Source: a virus (taxonomy: Duplodnaviria; Heunggongvirae; Uroviricota; Caudoviricetes). Taken from it: a stretch of 64,000 nucleotides of DNA. The position numbers were made by a program, and so were the translations under genes. The stretch is taken from the IMG/VR virus record IMGVR_UViG_3300017992_000015, positions 85,367 through 149,366 of that record; one strand, given 5' to 3'. Below, one piece after another: positions 47,465-56,968 of this stretch. How positions within the stretch are numbered: the stretch's first letter is position 1; every line of letters starts with the position of its first letter. Below the pieces are notes generated by a model that saw only the letters and a program-made list of their open reading frames with translations, was not told where the DNA came from and did not search any database.

Positions 47465-48391
47465 CTACGCGAAGTCGGCACGTGCGAGACCGCCCGTATG
47501 ACCGATGCTTCCGCCACAGGTTTCGTAGGCGAAGAACTCGATCATGAAGGCTTCCCGCTTGATGTGCATCGTGGTGTCTTCCAGAAGATACGACTTGCCG
47601 ATGAACCGAGGGTCACCGAACATGTAGAACGTATCGTCGGGAACGAGGTCACGTTTGATCGTGACGACCCACTTGACACCCATCAGGTCGATCTCCGACC
47701 AGCCGTTCTTCAAGAAGTCGCCCGAGAGGTCGCCGCCGGCCTCGTCGTAGCCCCACTTGAGGATTTCACGGATGGTGACGTTGTTCACCAGGACCGTGTT
47801 GACCTCGAGGTGCGACGGGGTCTTCGGCATGATCTTCAGGGCTTCTTGAGTGGTGTCACGCGAGATCCCACCGAAGATGGTTTCCCACTGGATGACTCCA
47901 CTGGTCGGGACGATGGCATTCGCACCAACGAGGGCGGTGTTCACGGCGGTGAGGAACTTGGAGTCCTCTTCCGCGAGCATGTCCTTGATGGCGTTGTCCG
48001 AAAGGACTTGCCGAATATCCATCTGCCATGTTCTCAGTTCGTCAATGTCCTTGACGAAACGCGGCGTCACGATCCGGTCGAACATCACGCGGTAGCGAGG
48101 ACCGCGGATGTACACGTTGATCGGCAACGTGGCGAAAGGGATGGAGATGGCGGCCGGCGAACCGGGTTCTTTGTCCACCACGACCACGGGCTTGTCCGTG
48201 TCGACTTGACGATCGAGATCGTCGTTCGCAACCTGGACAGGCGGGATGATCTTGCGGTAGAAACCATCTTCGCGGACTCGTACGCGGGTGAATTCGTTCA
48301 CCGCGTCGAGCGCGTTCTTTTCCATCCCCGGCGTCTCGAGCTGAGCAAACAGCTCTTCGTTCAGGACTTGGACGCTAGAGGGACTGGACAT
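47465..48391 (-). CDS. Major capsid protein (HK97-fold, inferred)
   Basis: 308 aa. Order protease, acidic scaffold-like proteins, cement, this gene. RVRVREDGFYRKIIP and AIKDMLAEEDSKFL fit the backbone-helix pattern. 3' stabilising hairpin. Start at MSSPSS. Confidence 0.78.
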   Translation of the reverse strand: MSSPSSVQVLNEELFAQLETPGMEKNALDAVNEFTRVRVREDGFYRKIIPPVQVANDDLDRQVDTDKPVVVVDKEPGSPAAISIPFATLPINVYIRGPRYRVMFDRIVTPRFVKDIDELRTWQMDIRQVLSDNAIKDMLAEEDSKFLTAVNTALVGANAIVPTSGVIQWETIFGGISRDTTQEALKIMPKTPSHLEVNTVLVNNVTIREILKWGYDEAGGDLSGDFLKNGWSEIDLMGVKWVVTIKRDLVPDDTFYMFGDPRFIGKSYLLEDTTMHIKREAFMIEFFAYETCGGSIGHTGGLARADFA

Positions 48392-48477
48392 CAGTTTCCT
48401 CCTTGCAATGGTAAATCGCCGCATCCTCGCGGCGCTGGGTTGTCAGTTACGAAAACGGACTCCCTTCGAGCCTAACC

Positions 48478-49059
48478 CTAGACGATCGGGGCAGCAGGCA
48501 GGAAGTAGGTCCAGAACGAAAGCACGGTGACGCCGTGGGCGTTTTCGCCGACGGGGCTCGTCGCGGCGGCCGACTGATTGTCGCCCTGCACGTGCCACGA
48601 GGCGATACCGCAAATCCAGTCGGTGTACTGAAGAGCGCCGACGTTGGTCAGGATGCCATCGGCATCCCCGGTCAGCGGATCATTCGGTGCGTACACCTGT
48701 TGATCGTCGAACTCCGTGGTTTGGAGTTCATAGCCACCGGTGGCGACCAGACCGGACATTACGCCAGTCGGGGCGACAGCCCACCAGTGATCGACGTCCG
48801 TGACGGGACTGGTCCCGTTGTTGTAGACGTCGGGGTGGTCCTTCCCGTTCCACAGGAAGATCGGCATCTGCGTGCCGTCACCACCCAGCTCAAACTCACC
48901 GTCCACGTTGATGTGCGCCACGCGGCCCGCGGGGACCTCGGTCGCACTGTCAAGCAGCGAAGCGGCCAGCTTGGCAGATTTGTCGAGTGCAGACAAGTGG
49001 AACCAGCCCTTGAGCGTGTCCAAAGCCTGTTCGAACATTTGAGGCACTTGACCAGGCAT
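48478..49059 (-). CDS. Capsid cement/decoration-like protein
   Basis: Directly upstream of the MCP. VPAGRVAHIN...GVMSGLVATGGYELQTTEF...YAPNDPLT. GGAGG RBS, start at MPGQVP. Confidence 0.55.
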   Translation of the reverse strand: MPGQVPQMFEQALDTLKGWFHLSALDKSAKLAASLLDSATEVPAGRVAHINVDGEFELGGDGTQMPIFLWNGKDHPDVYNNGTSPVTDVDHWWAVAPTGVMSGLVATGGYELQTTEFDDQQVYAPNDPLTGDADGILTNVGALQYTDWICGIASWHVQGDNQSAAATSPVGENAHGVTVLSFWTYFLPAAPIV

Positions 49060-49130
49060 TCTTAACCTCCGTGTCAAGATTTGTATGCCAGCCTTGCGGA
49101 CTGACGTTGGTTACAGGGTGAACTACTCAG

Positions 49131-49538
49131 TTACTGGCTGAGCAGTCGGTCGCGAAACGCACGACCTGCATCCGTCTCGTCGAAGTCAGCCACACGGCTG
49201 CCTGTCGCTCCACGGGCGCTAGCAGTCTTCTCTTGGCCGACCGGGGTGCCAATCGAGGAAACCTCTTCGGCGGTCCGGTGCTTGGCCAGGTCGCGGATGA
49301 ACGTCAGACACGCGGCGTGGCCCGTTTCCGGGTCGCCGAGGGCTGCCGCCACCTTCTCACTCTGATCACCGTAGATGCGCTCGTTGTCGACGCACGCGGC
49401 AACAGCTTCCGGAAGCGCTTCCTTGACTTGTGCTTCCTTGGCTTGATCGGCAGCGACCTTTTCTTGGAACCGCTTGCTAATCTCGTTGCTCGCACGCAGA
49501 GCCGCGAGGACCTTTGGTGCGTTCGAGTTGGTGCTCAT
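49131..49538 (-). CDS. Head-module protein (scaffold/core-like)
   Basis: 135 aa, helical, with EKVA (twice) and EKTA motifs. GGAGG RBS. Confidence 0.65.
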   Translation of the reverse strand: MSTNSNAPKVLAALRASNEISKRFQEKVAADQAKEAQVKEALPEAVAACVDNERIYGDQSEKVAAALGDPETGHAACLTFIRDLAKHRTAEEVSSIGTPVGQEKTASARGATGSRVADFDETDAGRAFRDRLLSQ

Positions 49539-49600
49539 GTTAAACCTCCGGGTTCACAAAACCGCATCGCCTCGCGGCGACAACAGGATTTTTGGTGAAA

Positions 49601-50851
49601 CTACTTTTGGCTGCGTCGATACAGTTCGGTGACGAAGCCCTTCATGTAGTCCCTGACCTTACGTTCGTCCGAGCCTTGCTTCGCTTCTTCGAAGTAGAAG
49701 CGGCCCGAGCTCTTGTGGTCGTGGACTGCGGCTGCGATCTTGGCCCCTTCGGGACCAGCGGCAGCAAGTGCAGCGGGATCGATGCCGGCTTCCATCAGGG
49801 CCATAGCCAACTGTTGGATAGCCGCTTCATCAGGCATGCCGCCCATTTCCGGCGGAGGTCCGCCTTCAAGGCCGCCCATCTCCGGCGGCATCCCGCCTTC
49901 GAGACCGGGCTCCATGCCAGGCTCCATGCCCGGTTCCATGCCAGCTTCCGGGGGAAGCTCGCCACCGAGACCTTCTTCAGGGCCGCCGCCGCCCATGGCA
50001 GCCAGAAGTTCCTCAGCGCCTTCTTCACCACCTTCTTCACCTTCGGGCGGCGCTTCGGTAGGGTCCGAGCCGTTGTCCTCCCCTTCTTCGGCTCCGCCGG
50101 TGGGATCTTCAAGCGCAGCGGTGTCTTCTTCCGCTTGCTTCAAGAGCTCGAGGTCGTGGTAGACCTGAGCCGCGACGAGATCGGCTTGGTGATAGGCTTG
50201 CTTGACGATGTTCTGGACAACGCCCGAAGCAATCTTCTCCATCTCGTCGCCAGCGTCAGAGGCGTCCGACGCTACCTTCTCACCAGCACGCGCAGCCGCA
50301 TTGGCGTCGCCAGCCGGAGCAGGAGTGTCGCCGTCCCAGAGACCGTTGGCAACATCCGCGAGGATGTCATCGCCAAGGTCCTTGGCGCACTTGCAGAGAT
50401 CGTCGTCACCAAGTTCGGCGAGCTTGTCGGCGGAGTACTTCTCGCCGTAGTCGCCCTTGGCCGGATGGCTCGTGCCACCCTGGTCGCCTTCCCGCTTGTC
50501 GCCCTGAAGCGTACCCTTGTAGTCCTCCTCGGTCGAAGGATCTTGGCCGGTCGGCTTCGCGGCATCGACGCCCTGTCCGAGCTGCACGTCTTCGGCCTTG
50601 GGGGCCGAGCCTTCGGTGAGCTCAGGCTTCTTGTTCGTCGTGTCGGGAATGTCCTCTTTCACTTTCCGCTCGTTGTCAGCGGATTGGAAACCTTCCACGG
50701 GATCCTGTTCGTTGTCGTCCGGCTTCTTGGACGGGTGCGAGGTAGGACCCTCATAGCCACCTGGGTCGTCCATCGCGGACTTGTCGGCGGCCGTCTTTTC
50801 CGCACCGATCTCGTTGACGAGGTCAGTGACGTTGTCGAATAGGCTAGGCAT
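49601..50851 (-). CDS. Acidic low-complexity head protein (scaffold/core-like)
   Basis: Very Glu/Asp/Gly/Pro-rich, EPGM tandem repeats, many KxA motifs. GGAGG RBS. Confidence 0.7.
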   Translation of the reverse strand: MPSLFDNVTDLVNEIGAEKTAADKSAMDDPGGYEGPTSHPSKKPDDNEQDPVEGFQSADNERKVKEDIPDTTNKKPELTEGSAPKAEDVQLGQGVDAAKPTGQDPSTEEDYKGTLQGDKREGDQGGTSHPAKGDYGEKYSADKLAELGDDDLCKCAKDLGDDILADVANGLWDGDTPAPAGDANAAARAGEKVASDASDAGDEMEKIASGVVQNIVKQAYHQADLVAAQVYHDLELLKQAEEDTAALEDPTGGAEEGEDNGSDPTEAPPEGEEGGEEGAEELLAAMGGGGPEEGLGGELPPEAGMEPGMEPGMEPGLEGGMPPEMGGLEGGPPPEMGGMPDEAAIQQLAMALMEAGIDPAALAAAGPEGAKIAAAVHDHKSSGRFYFEEAKQGSDERKVRDYMKGFVTELYRRSQK

Positions 50852-50929
50852 CTTTGTCCTCCATGACTTGGTAGGGTCTCTGCCTTGGCAGTGTTAAACC
50901 CGTCAGGTATTCATTGTGGACTAATTGAA

Positions 50930-50957
50930 GCAGTGCAGTCAATACGGACTTCACTGC
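50930..50957 (-). terminator. Hairpin at the end of the endonuclease gene (possible weak terminator)
   Basis: GCAGTG-A-AGTC-CGTATT-GACT-G-CACTGC followed by TTCAATT on the minus strand. Confidence 0.35.
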
Positions 50958-51418
50958 TTAACGTACAAATTTTCCGCCGGAGCGGGTTCGGCCACCTCCT
51001 CAAGGTAGGTGGCGGCCTTTTTCAGCCGGCCGGGATCGTCTCGAAAGCACCCCAGGCCGCGATTACAGGAATTACATAGTAGTCCCCGTATTTCTGCTGT
51101 TTCGTGGTCGTGATCAACGACGAGTGGTAGTACCTTACCACCCCTGCGTTGCGTCTCTGGTTGGCCGCAGATGGCACAGACACCGCCCTGATCTGCCGCC
51201 ATTTTATCGTAATCAGCTACACGGAGCCCATATCTACGTAAATTTAAACGCCGCTCCGCTGCTAACGTACGTGTTGGGTCTGCCTGCCGCCACACTTTTT
51301 TATAAGCGTTGCGGCACTGTTTGCATTGACCCGCGTGCCCGTCTCTGCACTGTTTATTTTTCGTAAACGCCTGTAGTGGCTTGGTTTTACGGCATGTATT
51401 GCACTGTTTCTCTGTCAT
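50951..51418 (-). CDS. Endonuclease VII-family (HNH-type) homing endonuclease
   Basis: QGGVCAICG...LVVDHDHETAEIRGLLCNSCNRGLG and N-terminal CNTC...CKQC. Visibly more AT-rich than its neighbours. Confidence 0.88.
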   Translation of the reverse strand: MTEKQCNTCRKTKPLQAFTKNKQCRDGHAGQCKQCRNAYKKVWRQADPTRTLAAERRLNLRRYGLRVADYDKMAADQGGVCAICGQPETQRRGGKVLPLVVDHDHETAEIRGLLCNSCNRGLGCFRDDPGRLKKAATYLEEVAEPAPAENLYVKQ

Positions 51419-51419
51419 C

Positions 51420-52928
51420 TTACCTCACAAAGTTTGATCTGACGGCCATCTCCTGCATGAATGCGGCGTCTGGATCAGCCGCATGGGCTTGGAGGAAGCC
51501 AAGCTGGTACAAGGCGTACTGCTTGGCCAGCTCCTCAGCACTGTCGACCATAGCTATCTTGGTCATCGACCGACGGGGGTCAGGCGCCTTCGGCTGCCGC
51601 AAAACGGACAGTTGGAGCCGCTCGATGACGCGGTCGCGAGCCAGCGACCATTCGCCGGCGTGTTTCAGCACCCAATGCCTGACGCGTTTTGGCGCTGGAC
51701 CACCGGGCAAATAGGGGTTCTGACGGAGGTCCTCTTCGAGCCTCGGATCAGATGCCAGACGATTGTACACGCCTGGCAAGCGGTCCGCAACGGCGTCCGC
51801 TGCGGCTGCTGTTTTGGTGTTGTGTTCGCCGGTCAGCATGGCGATGAACGAATCAACAGGAAGCATGCACTTCTCTGCTGCCAGTGCTGTCACGACGTGG
51901 GCCAGCTTGTACGGACCCTTGCGGACGTCAGGAGCGTCGATCCGGAGCGGTTGCACAACCGGCTGGCACGCACGATCTTGCGCAATGGGGCTCCCGTCGA
52001 CCTCCAGTGCGTTCTCTTGCTGGATCAGGTAGTTTGCCACCTTGAGTTGTCCAACGACACGCGGGTCACTCCAGGGGCCGTCTGTGAGGATCCAGAGAGG
52101 CGGGGTAACCCCAAGTCGCTCCGCAAGCGCTGCAGCACTTTGCTCAGATCCGTAGGTGTCTGCGGCGGCTTTGAGCATTTCTTGGTAGTCTTCTGCTGCA
52201 GCACATTTACCAAGCGTGTAAGCGATGCGATCTGCCGGGCGAAAGACCTTCGAGATGTCGAAGAAGCATGGATCTGGGTTGTCGACATGGAGCGTATGTC
52301 CGTCATCGAAAGTCTTGGCGAGGTTATCTCTGCATCCGCCATATTTGCACATCTCCGGTCCACAGTATTCTTTGCGGCTCTTGGCATGGTTGCCACAGCC
52401 AGAACAGACGTCATGGCTGACACGGCAGGCCATCGACACCGGGATGTCTTCGCCTCGTGCCAGTTTCTCGAGCTCTTCGTCAGCGACAAGCCCGCCGTTG
52501 CGATCGGCAGCTTCCTTGGTGCCGTTGAGCGCAACGATCAGCTCCACGCGCCGCATATCGCCATTATACGCGGAAGCTTTGATGATACCACGTCCCTTGG
52601 AGACGTCCTTGTTCTGATGATCGCGGTACCAGCGGGCGAATTTCTGGAAAGTCGGGTGATATGCCTGCAAGACCTCCTCACGGAAGCCGTCGCCGTTGCG
52701 GTTGGCTCCGTAGTACTCTTGGGCACCGACGGCTAGCAAGTGGACAGGGACCTCCCCAGGGCCAAGCTGCATGCTGGCCACCTTGTCGATGAACTGCACC
52801 GACGCGCGTTTCACGAACTCATCCATATCAGATCCACGGAGCCTGCCGTCGCGGCCCGTCTTGATCTGCTGTGCCACCGGAGCGTGAAAGTCGTACGATC
52901 CAGGAGTCAAAAGTTTCGTGAGTGCCAT
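51420..52928 (-). CDS. Prohead maturation protease (assemblin/HK97-type serine protease fold, inferred)
   Basis: YYGANRNGDGF, YRDHQNKD (candidate catalytic His), RVELIV, IPVSMACRVSHDVCSGCGN (candidate catalytic Ser followed by a Cys cluster). Located upstream of the capsid genes. Confidence 0.72.
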   Translation of the reverse strand: MALTKLLTPGSYDFHAPVAQQIKTGRDGRLRGSDMDEFVKRASVQFIDKVASMQLGPGEVPVHLLAVGAQEYYGANRNGDGFREEVLQAYHPTFQKFARWYRDHQNKDVSKGRGIIKASAYNGDMRRVELIVALNGTKEAADRNGGLVADEELEKLARGEDIPVSMACRVSHDVCSGCGNHAKSRKEYCGPEMCKYGGCRDNLAKTFDDGHTLHVDNPDPCFFDISKVFRPADRIAYTLGKCAAAEDYQEMLKAAADTYGSEQSAAALAERLGVTPPLWILTDGPWSDPRVVGQLKVANYLIQQENALEVDGSPIAQDRACQPVVQPLRIDAPDVRKGPYKLAHVVTALAAEKCMLPVDSFIAMLTGEHNTKTAAAADAVADRLPGVYNRLASDPRLEEDLRQNPYLPGGPAPKRVRHWVLKHAGEWSLARDRVIERLQLSVLRQPKAPDPRRSMTKIAMVDSAEELAKQYALYQLGFLQAHAADPDAAFMQEMAVRSNFVR

Positions 52929-52940
52929 GGTGGGTTCCTG

Positions 52941-54320
52941 TTATTGAAGCGATTCGTTGGCTTTACGTTCTGCCTCAGCCAGCCGCTGCGTAATCGACGT
53001 GGGTCCGCCGCGGAGGCCCTGCATCGCAGCGTCCACGACCGGCGGCAATGCGGCCAGACCGAGCGACGCGGCGCCACGCATACGTTTGCTGGGGCCCTTG
53101 GAGGCCCGACGCTGTGCCTGTGCCCGGGCCATGTCCATCTGATCCGTTCCGCGGAATTTCCTGAGCAGCGAATCTTTCTTGTCGCCCGCGGTCAGCTGCT
53201 TTGCGCCCTCGCTCAGCCGCCGCCACTCCTTGTTCTTGAGACGCTCAGCATCCCGGATCTTCTTAAACTCCTGTTGGGCCTCATAAAGCTGTTGCTGGAT
53301 CTGTGGGCTCGGCGGTTGTGCACCAGTCTTCAGCTGCTGGTCGATCTGTTTTTGGATCTGCCGCACCTTTTTGGCGGCCTGCGCAGAATCAGCCATCCGT
53401 TGTGGTCGAGAGTCTTCGAGGTTCTTCAGCTGCTTCTTGTGCTTACGCCACCGCTTGTTTACGGCATCGTGCGTACCTTCTCGCAGCATAACCTTGTCTG
53501 CTTCTGCAGGACTCAGACCGAGATGCTTCATCACGTCACGGCCCTGTTGAAACGCCGGCGCGTCTGTGGGCACACGGCCTTTGATACGTTGAATGGCCTC
53601 GAGCTTGTTCAAAATCGGCACCTTGTCGAGCCACGGCAGCGAAGCGCCAACAGCTGACGCAACCGGAGTCACAGCGTCGTCAGGCGTGAAGACGTCTGTG
53701 GCTGCTTCTAGCGGCTGCATGTTACGCCAATCCCACCCCCACTCGCCACTCTCCGGGTCGGCAGTAACACCGCCACGGCGTAGCGCCCATTCACGCCCGC
53801 TCATCGGCTCGCCGATGCCTGGCTCGCTCTCAAAGCGCGGACGCGCGGCTTCGCGGTTGACCAAATGCTCACGCGCGGCTTCAGTCGTAGCTTTATTCAT
53901 CACGTCTTGGGACTCTGCGTGGCGACCGTGCTGCCCGCGGTAAAGCGCACTGCCGAGGCCGGCACCTACGCCGCCGAGGAGACCGCCGGTCAGCGTACGG
54001 CCAACCCAGTCCCCGCGACGTCGCCGCGGTTGAAACAGCGTGCTCAGCGCGCCGAGCCCAGCGCCACCAGCCGTACCGATGGCAATGTTGCGCAGATTCG
54101 GATATTGGTTGACCTTATCGAGGACACTCTTGCCTGCCGCGGTAATCCCGCGTTCAGCCGCCCAGTCGCCGACCCGCCCGGCCTGTTGGCCCAGCCAGTC
54201 TTTGGCGCCCGACGCAGCATCCCCGATACCCTGCTTGAGTTCAGCAAGGCTGAGTGCCTCCTTGACGAGTGCATGGCCCTCGTCATAACTCATCTCATTG
54301 AAGTCTACGTCGGGTAGCAC
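52941..54320 (-). CDS. Putative internal virion protein with glycine-zipper helices
   Basis: IAIGTAGGAGLGALSTLF and TLTGGLLGGVGAGLGSAL GxxxG arrays, basic C-terminal half. GTG start behind AAGGAG. Confidence 0.6.
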   Translation of the reverse strand: MLPDVDFNEMSYDEGHALVKEALSLAELKQGIGDAASGAKDWLGQQAGRVGDWAAERGITAAGKSVLDKVNQYPNLRNIAIGTAGGAGLGALSTLFQPRRRRGDWVGRTLTGGLLGGVGAGLGSALYRGQHGRHAESQDVMNKATTEAAREHLVNREAARPRFESEPGIGEPMSGREWALRRGGVTADPESGEWGWDWRNMQPLEAATDVFTPDDAVTPVASAVGASLPWLDKVPILNKLEAIQRIKGRVPTDAPAFQQGRDVMKHLGLSPAEADKVMLREGTHDAVNKRWRKHKKQLKNLEDSRPQRMADSAQAAKKVRQIQKQIDQQLKTGAQPPSPQIQQQLYEAQQEFKKIRDAERLKNKEWRRLSEGAKQLTAGDKKDSLLRKFRGTDQMDMARAQAQRRASKGPSKRMRGAASLGLAALPPVVDAAMQGLRGGPTSITQRLAEAERKANESLQ

Positions 54321-54331
54321 GGTAATGCTCC

Positions 54332-56002
54332 TTACGGATTGGGCTTGGGCTTTCTGAGCGCGTCGAGCTGCTTCTTCTGCTCAGCAAGTTGCTTCTTCTG
54401 CTCAGTAATTAGATCTCGATTCTCCCGATCCTGTCCCGGCGTCAAGTGCTGGAACGACGGGCGCATCGCGCTGCTGACGTCAGACGGCAGCACCGGCATT
54501 TGCGCACCGGTCGGCAGCGGGTTCGGCGGGCCGAGCTCGCGGGACACACCCATACGGCCGACGTTGGCCAGCTGTTGCGGCATGTCGCGGTCGGCGACCT
54601 GTCCCTCGATCTTGAGCGCCTGCTCGACGTCGAACGGGTCGATCGCCGATGCCTGCTCCAGGTACTTGCGGATCAGGCCCTGGGCCATCACCCGGTGCTG
54701 CATGGCGCGCGGCGCGACCTCGGCCAGGTGGTTGTAGGCGTCGATCACGTCGGAGTGGTCGTAGCCGCTGATGACCGGGTCGGCGGACATCATCTCGTGG
54801 ATCATGGCCTGGGCACGGATGGCTCGCAGGTGGTCTTCGTGGCCCGGATCGGCAATCGACTTGAGGTGCTTCTGGATCAGCTCCTCGCGCGTCTCCGGGG
54901 CGTACTTCTCAGCAAGACCCTTTGCGGTACCGCCCAACGCGCCAGCCATTGTCAGACCCATGAACGACGCAGACTTAGTCTGCGATTGATTGTCCCATAC
55001 TGAGCCTGTGATCACGTTTGGACGGTCCGGTGCAAAAGGGCGCAGAGTCTCCGCGCGCTTCTCCGGGAGAGCGGCTTCGAAGTCGGCCAGGGCCTTCTTG
55101 GTGTCGTTGAAGCGGGCGATCGCGTCGACAGCGGACTTGATCAGCGAGTAGGGCGCCTCGTCCCAGTCGACATCGTGGGTCACCTGGGATGGTTGGGCGT
55201 ACGCCTGCTTGAACATCACGGTGGACTTCTCGACCAGGCCGCGGCCCGTCTGTCCGTAGCGTGCTCCGGCATTGGCCCAGACCTCGTTGATCGGGCGGCT
55301 GTCAAACCGGCGGAAGTAGTTGGCCAGCTTCTCGACGCCGTTCGTCACGTCGTACGCCGATTTGATCGCAGCGTCCTTGCGCTGCTGGTGCTCGCGCCGG
55401 AGATCGTGCATGGCCGACAGGGCCTTCTTCTCCTGGCGGTACGGGTATGCCGGGTACGCTGCCTCTTTTTCCTCTGCCTCTTCTTCGGCAGCTTCTTCTT
55501 CGGCGGACTCCCTTTCGACCTCCACTTCGCCGTCTTCGATCTCAACTTCGATGACGCCGCCTCCTGGCGCCTTGGTCTCGATCTCCAGCTCTTCGGCGGA
55601 CTTCACCAGCGACACAGTGCGCGCAGCCTCTGCCCGGCGCTTGAGCCAGCCAGCAGGCGACATGTTGTAGTCGTCCGAGATGGACACACCGTGGGCTTCC
55701 TCGGCAGCCGTCTTGACCTCCGACGGGAACATCCGTTCAAGGATCTTCCTACCGTCAGCCAGCGGGAACGCCGCAGCCTTTTCGGTGAGCGTCTCGTGTT
55801 CGCGGATATGGCCGAGGCTTCGGCCGTTGTTGAACGCCCGCACCATGAGATTGACATGGCCAGCCGGCAGTTTTGCGGCGGTCGCAACCTTAACAATCGC
55901 ATCGTCCGGATTCGTTCCGGAGTTGGTCAAATCTGTGACCTTTGCGAGAGCGTTGCTGATCCGCTGCTCACTCTCCTTCGTGAGCCTTTGCATTTTGGTC
56001 AT
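54332..56002 (-). CDS. Putative internal head protein (many KxA motifs)
   Basis: Acidic linkers, KVA/KAA/KTA/KSA/KEA/KLA/KQA motifs, FMGLTMAGALGG segment. Start at MTKMQ behind GGAG. Confidence 0.7.
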   Translation of the reverse strand: MTKMQRLTKESEQRISNALAKVTDLTNSGTNPDDAIVKVATAAKLPAGHVNLMVRAFNNGRSLGHIREHETLTEKAAAFPLADGRKILERMFPSEVKTAAEEAHGVSISDDYNMSPAGWLKRRAEAARTVSLVKSAEELEIETKAPGGGVIEVEIEDGEVEVERESAEEEAAEEEAEEKEAAYPAYPYRQEKKALSAMHDLRREHQQRKDAAIKSAYDVTNGVEKLANYFRRFDSRPINEVWANAGARYGQTGRGLVEKSTVMFKQAYAQPSQVTHDVDWDEAPYSLIKSAVDAIARFNDTKKALADFEAALPEKRAETLRPFAPDRPNVITGSVWDNQSQTKSASFMGLTMAGALGGTAKGLAEKYAPETREELIQKHLKSIADPGHEDHLRAIRAQAMIHEMMSADPVISGYDHSDVIDAYNHLAEVAPRAMQHRVMAQGLIRKYLEQASAIDPFDVEQALKIEGQVADRDMPQQLANVGRMGVSRELGPPNPLPTGAQMPVLPSDVSSAMRPSFQHLTPGQDRENRDLITEQKKQLAEQKKQLDALRKPKPNP

Positions 56003-56933
56003 CTCCGTCTGGGTATCCAATGTCGGTGGTAAGATATTCCAAGCCTTCCGGCTCGATGCCCATCGAGAGCATCATCAACTCGTGTGATCGCAGGGTCATA
56101 CCATCCTTCTCGAACTCGGTGGAACGACCAATCATCTTCGGCGAGACGCCTTCGATGTACTTGATCCACGGGATGCAGTTCTGCATCGCCTGGACGTTCT
56201 CAGCCATCAGCTCGCTGCCGCCACCCGCCGCACCAGCCTGTTGCTCGAGTGCGGCCATGTTGTGGAACATGTTCAGGATGCCTTCGGCAGTGTAGCCGTT
56301 GATCTGGATGGTACGCGCGGCCACGTTGGCCTTCACTTTGATCACTTCCTTCGTGTCGTCGCCCCAATGCGCTGAGACCTGACTTGGGGTCTCCGGGCGC
56401 GTCGGCGCGTTGAACTTGTAGATAAAGGCGTCCAAGACTAGCGGGCCGCAGTGGTATCCAAACAGCTTCCACAGCAAATCGTATTGCCGCTCCGCAAGGC
56501 CGGTCTGCACAGCTTTGCCGACAATGATGTGGGTGATCAAGCCTGGATGATCAATACGACTCATCACATCGAAGAAGGCCTCCTCGTAGCGCTTGATCAC
56601 ATCCACGTCTTCGTGGATCTTCTGACCAATGCTTTCGAAGGACTCACGGGCCAACAGGCGAGCCTCGAGCTCCCATCGAGTCTCAGTGGGGGTTTCGTTG
56701 GCATCGTAAATCAAATAGGCCGAAAACAGCACGGGATCGGCATCCAGCGCCGCGAGCCGGTCTTCGTCCGTCTCACAGCGGTCCAGGAGTCGGCGGAACT
56801 TCGTCAGCTCCCTTACGATGCTGTCATCCCGTCCAGCGATGAGGCGCGAGCCGTTGGCGAGTTCGCCAGCCCGCTGCCACCGCCAGTCTGCGGGACGCCT
56901 CTTGTTATCGGGTCTGTTTACCAGAATCGACAT
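55968..56933 (-). CDS. Hypothetical protein
   Basis: 321 aa, GAGG RBS, 35-nt overlap with the next gene. Confidence 0.7.
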   Translation of the reverse strand: MSILVNRPDNKRRPADWRWQRAGELANGSRLIAGRDDSIVRELTKFRRLLDRCETDEDRLAALDADPVLFSAYLIYDANETPTETRWELEARLLARESFESIGQKIHEDVDVIKRYEEAFFDVMSRIDHPGLITHIIVGKAVQTGLAERQYDLLWKLFGYHCGPLVLDAFIYKFNAPTRPETPSQVSAHWGDDTKEVIKVKANVAARTIQINGYTAEGILNMFHNMAALEQQAGAAGGGSELMAENVQAMQNCIPWIKYIEGVSPKMIGRSTEFEKDGMTLRSHELMMLSMGIEPEGLEYLTTDIGYPDGDDQNAKAHEGE

Positions 56934-56968
56934 CTACACCTCTGAATTTTATTCACGAGAATAATTTT

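Noticed and set aside
47445-47475. GTCGAATCCC resembling a tRNA T-loop
   Set aside because: It overlaps the MCP stop codon, and no acceptor, D or anticodon arms can be built around it.
49072-49077. TTGACA on the minus strand (also at 59828-59833) as a -35 box
   Set aside because: No -10 hexamer at 16-18 nt spacing. Both lie too close to the start codon.
31183-52928. Endonuclease genes as parts of group I introns, or inteins in the protease or RNAP
   Set aside because: Flanking genes appear complete with their own starts and stops. I saw no P/Q/R/S-like intron core or C...HN intein ends, and the RNAP motifs are normally spaced.
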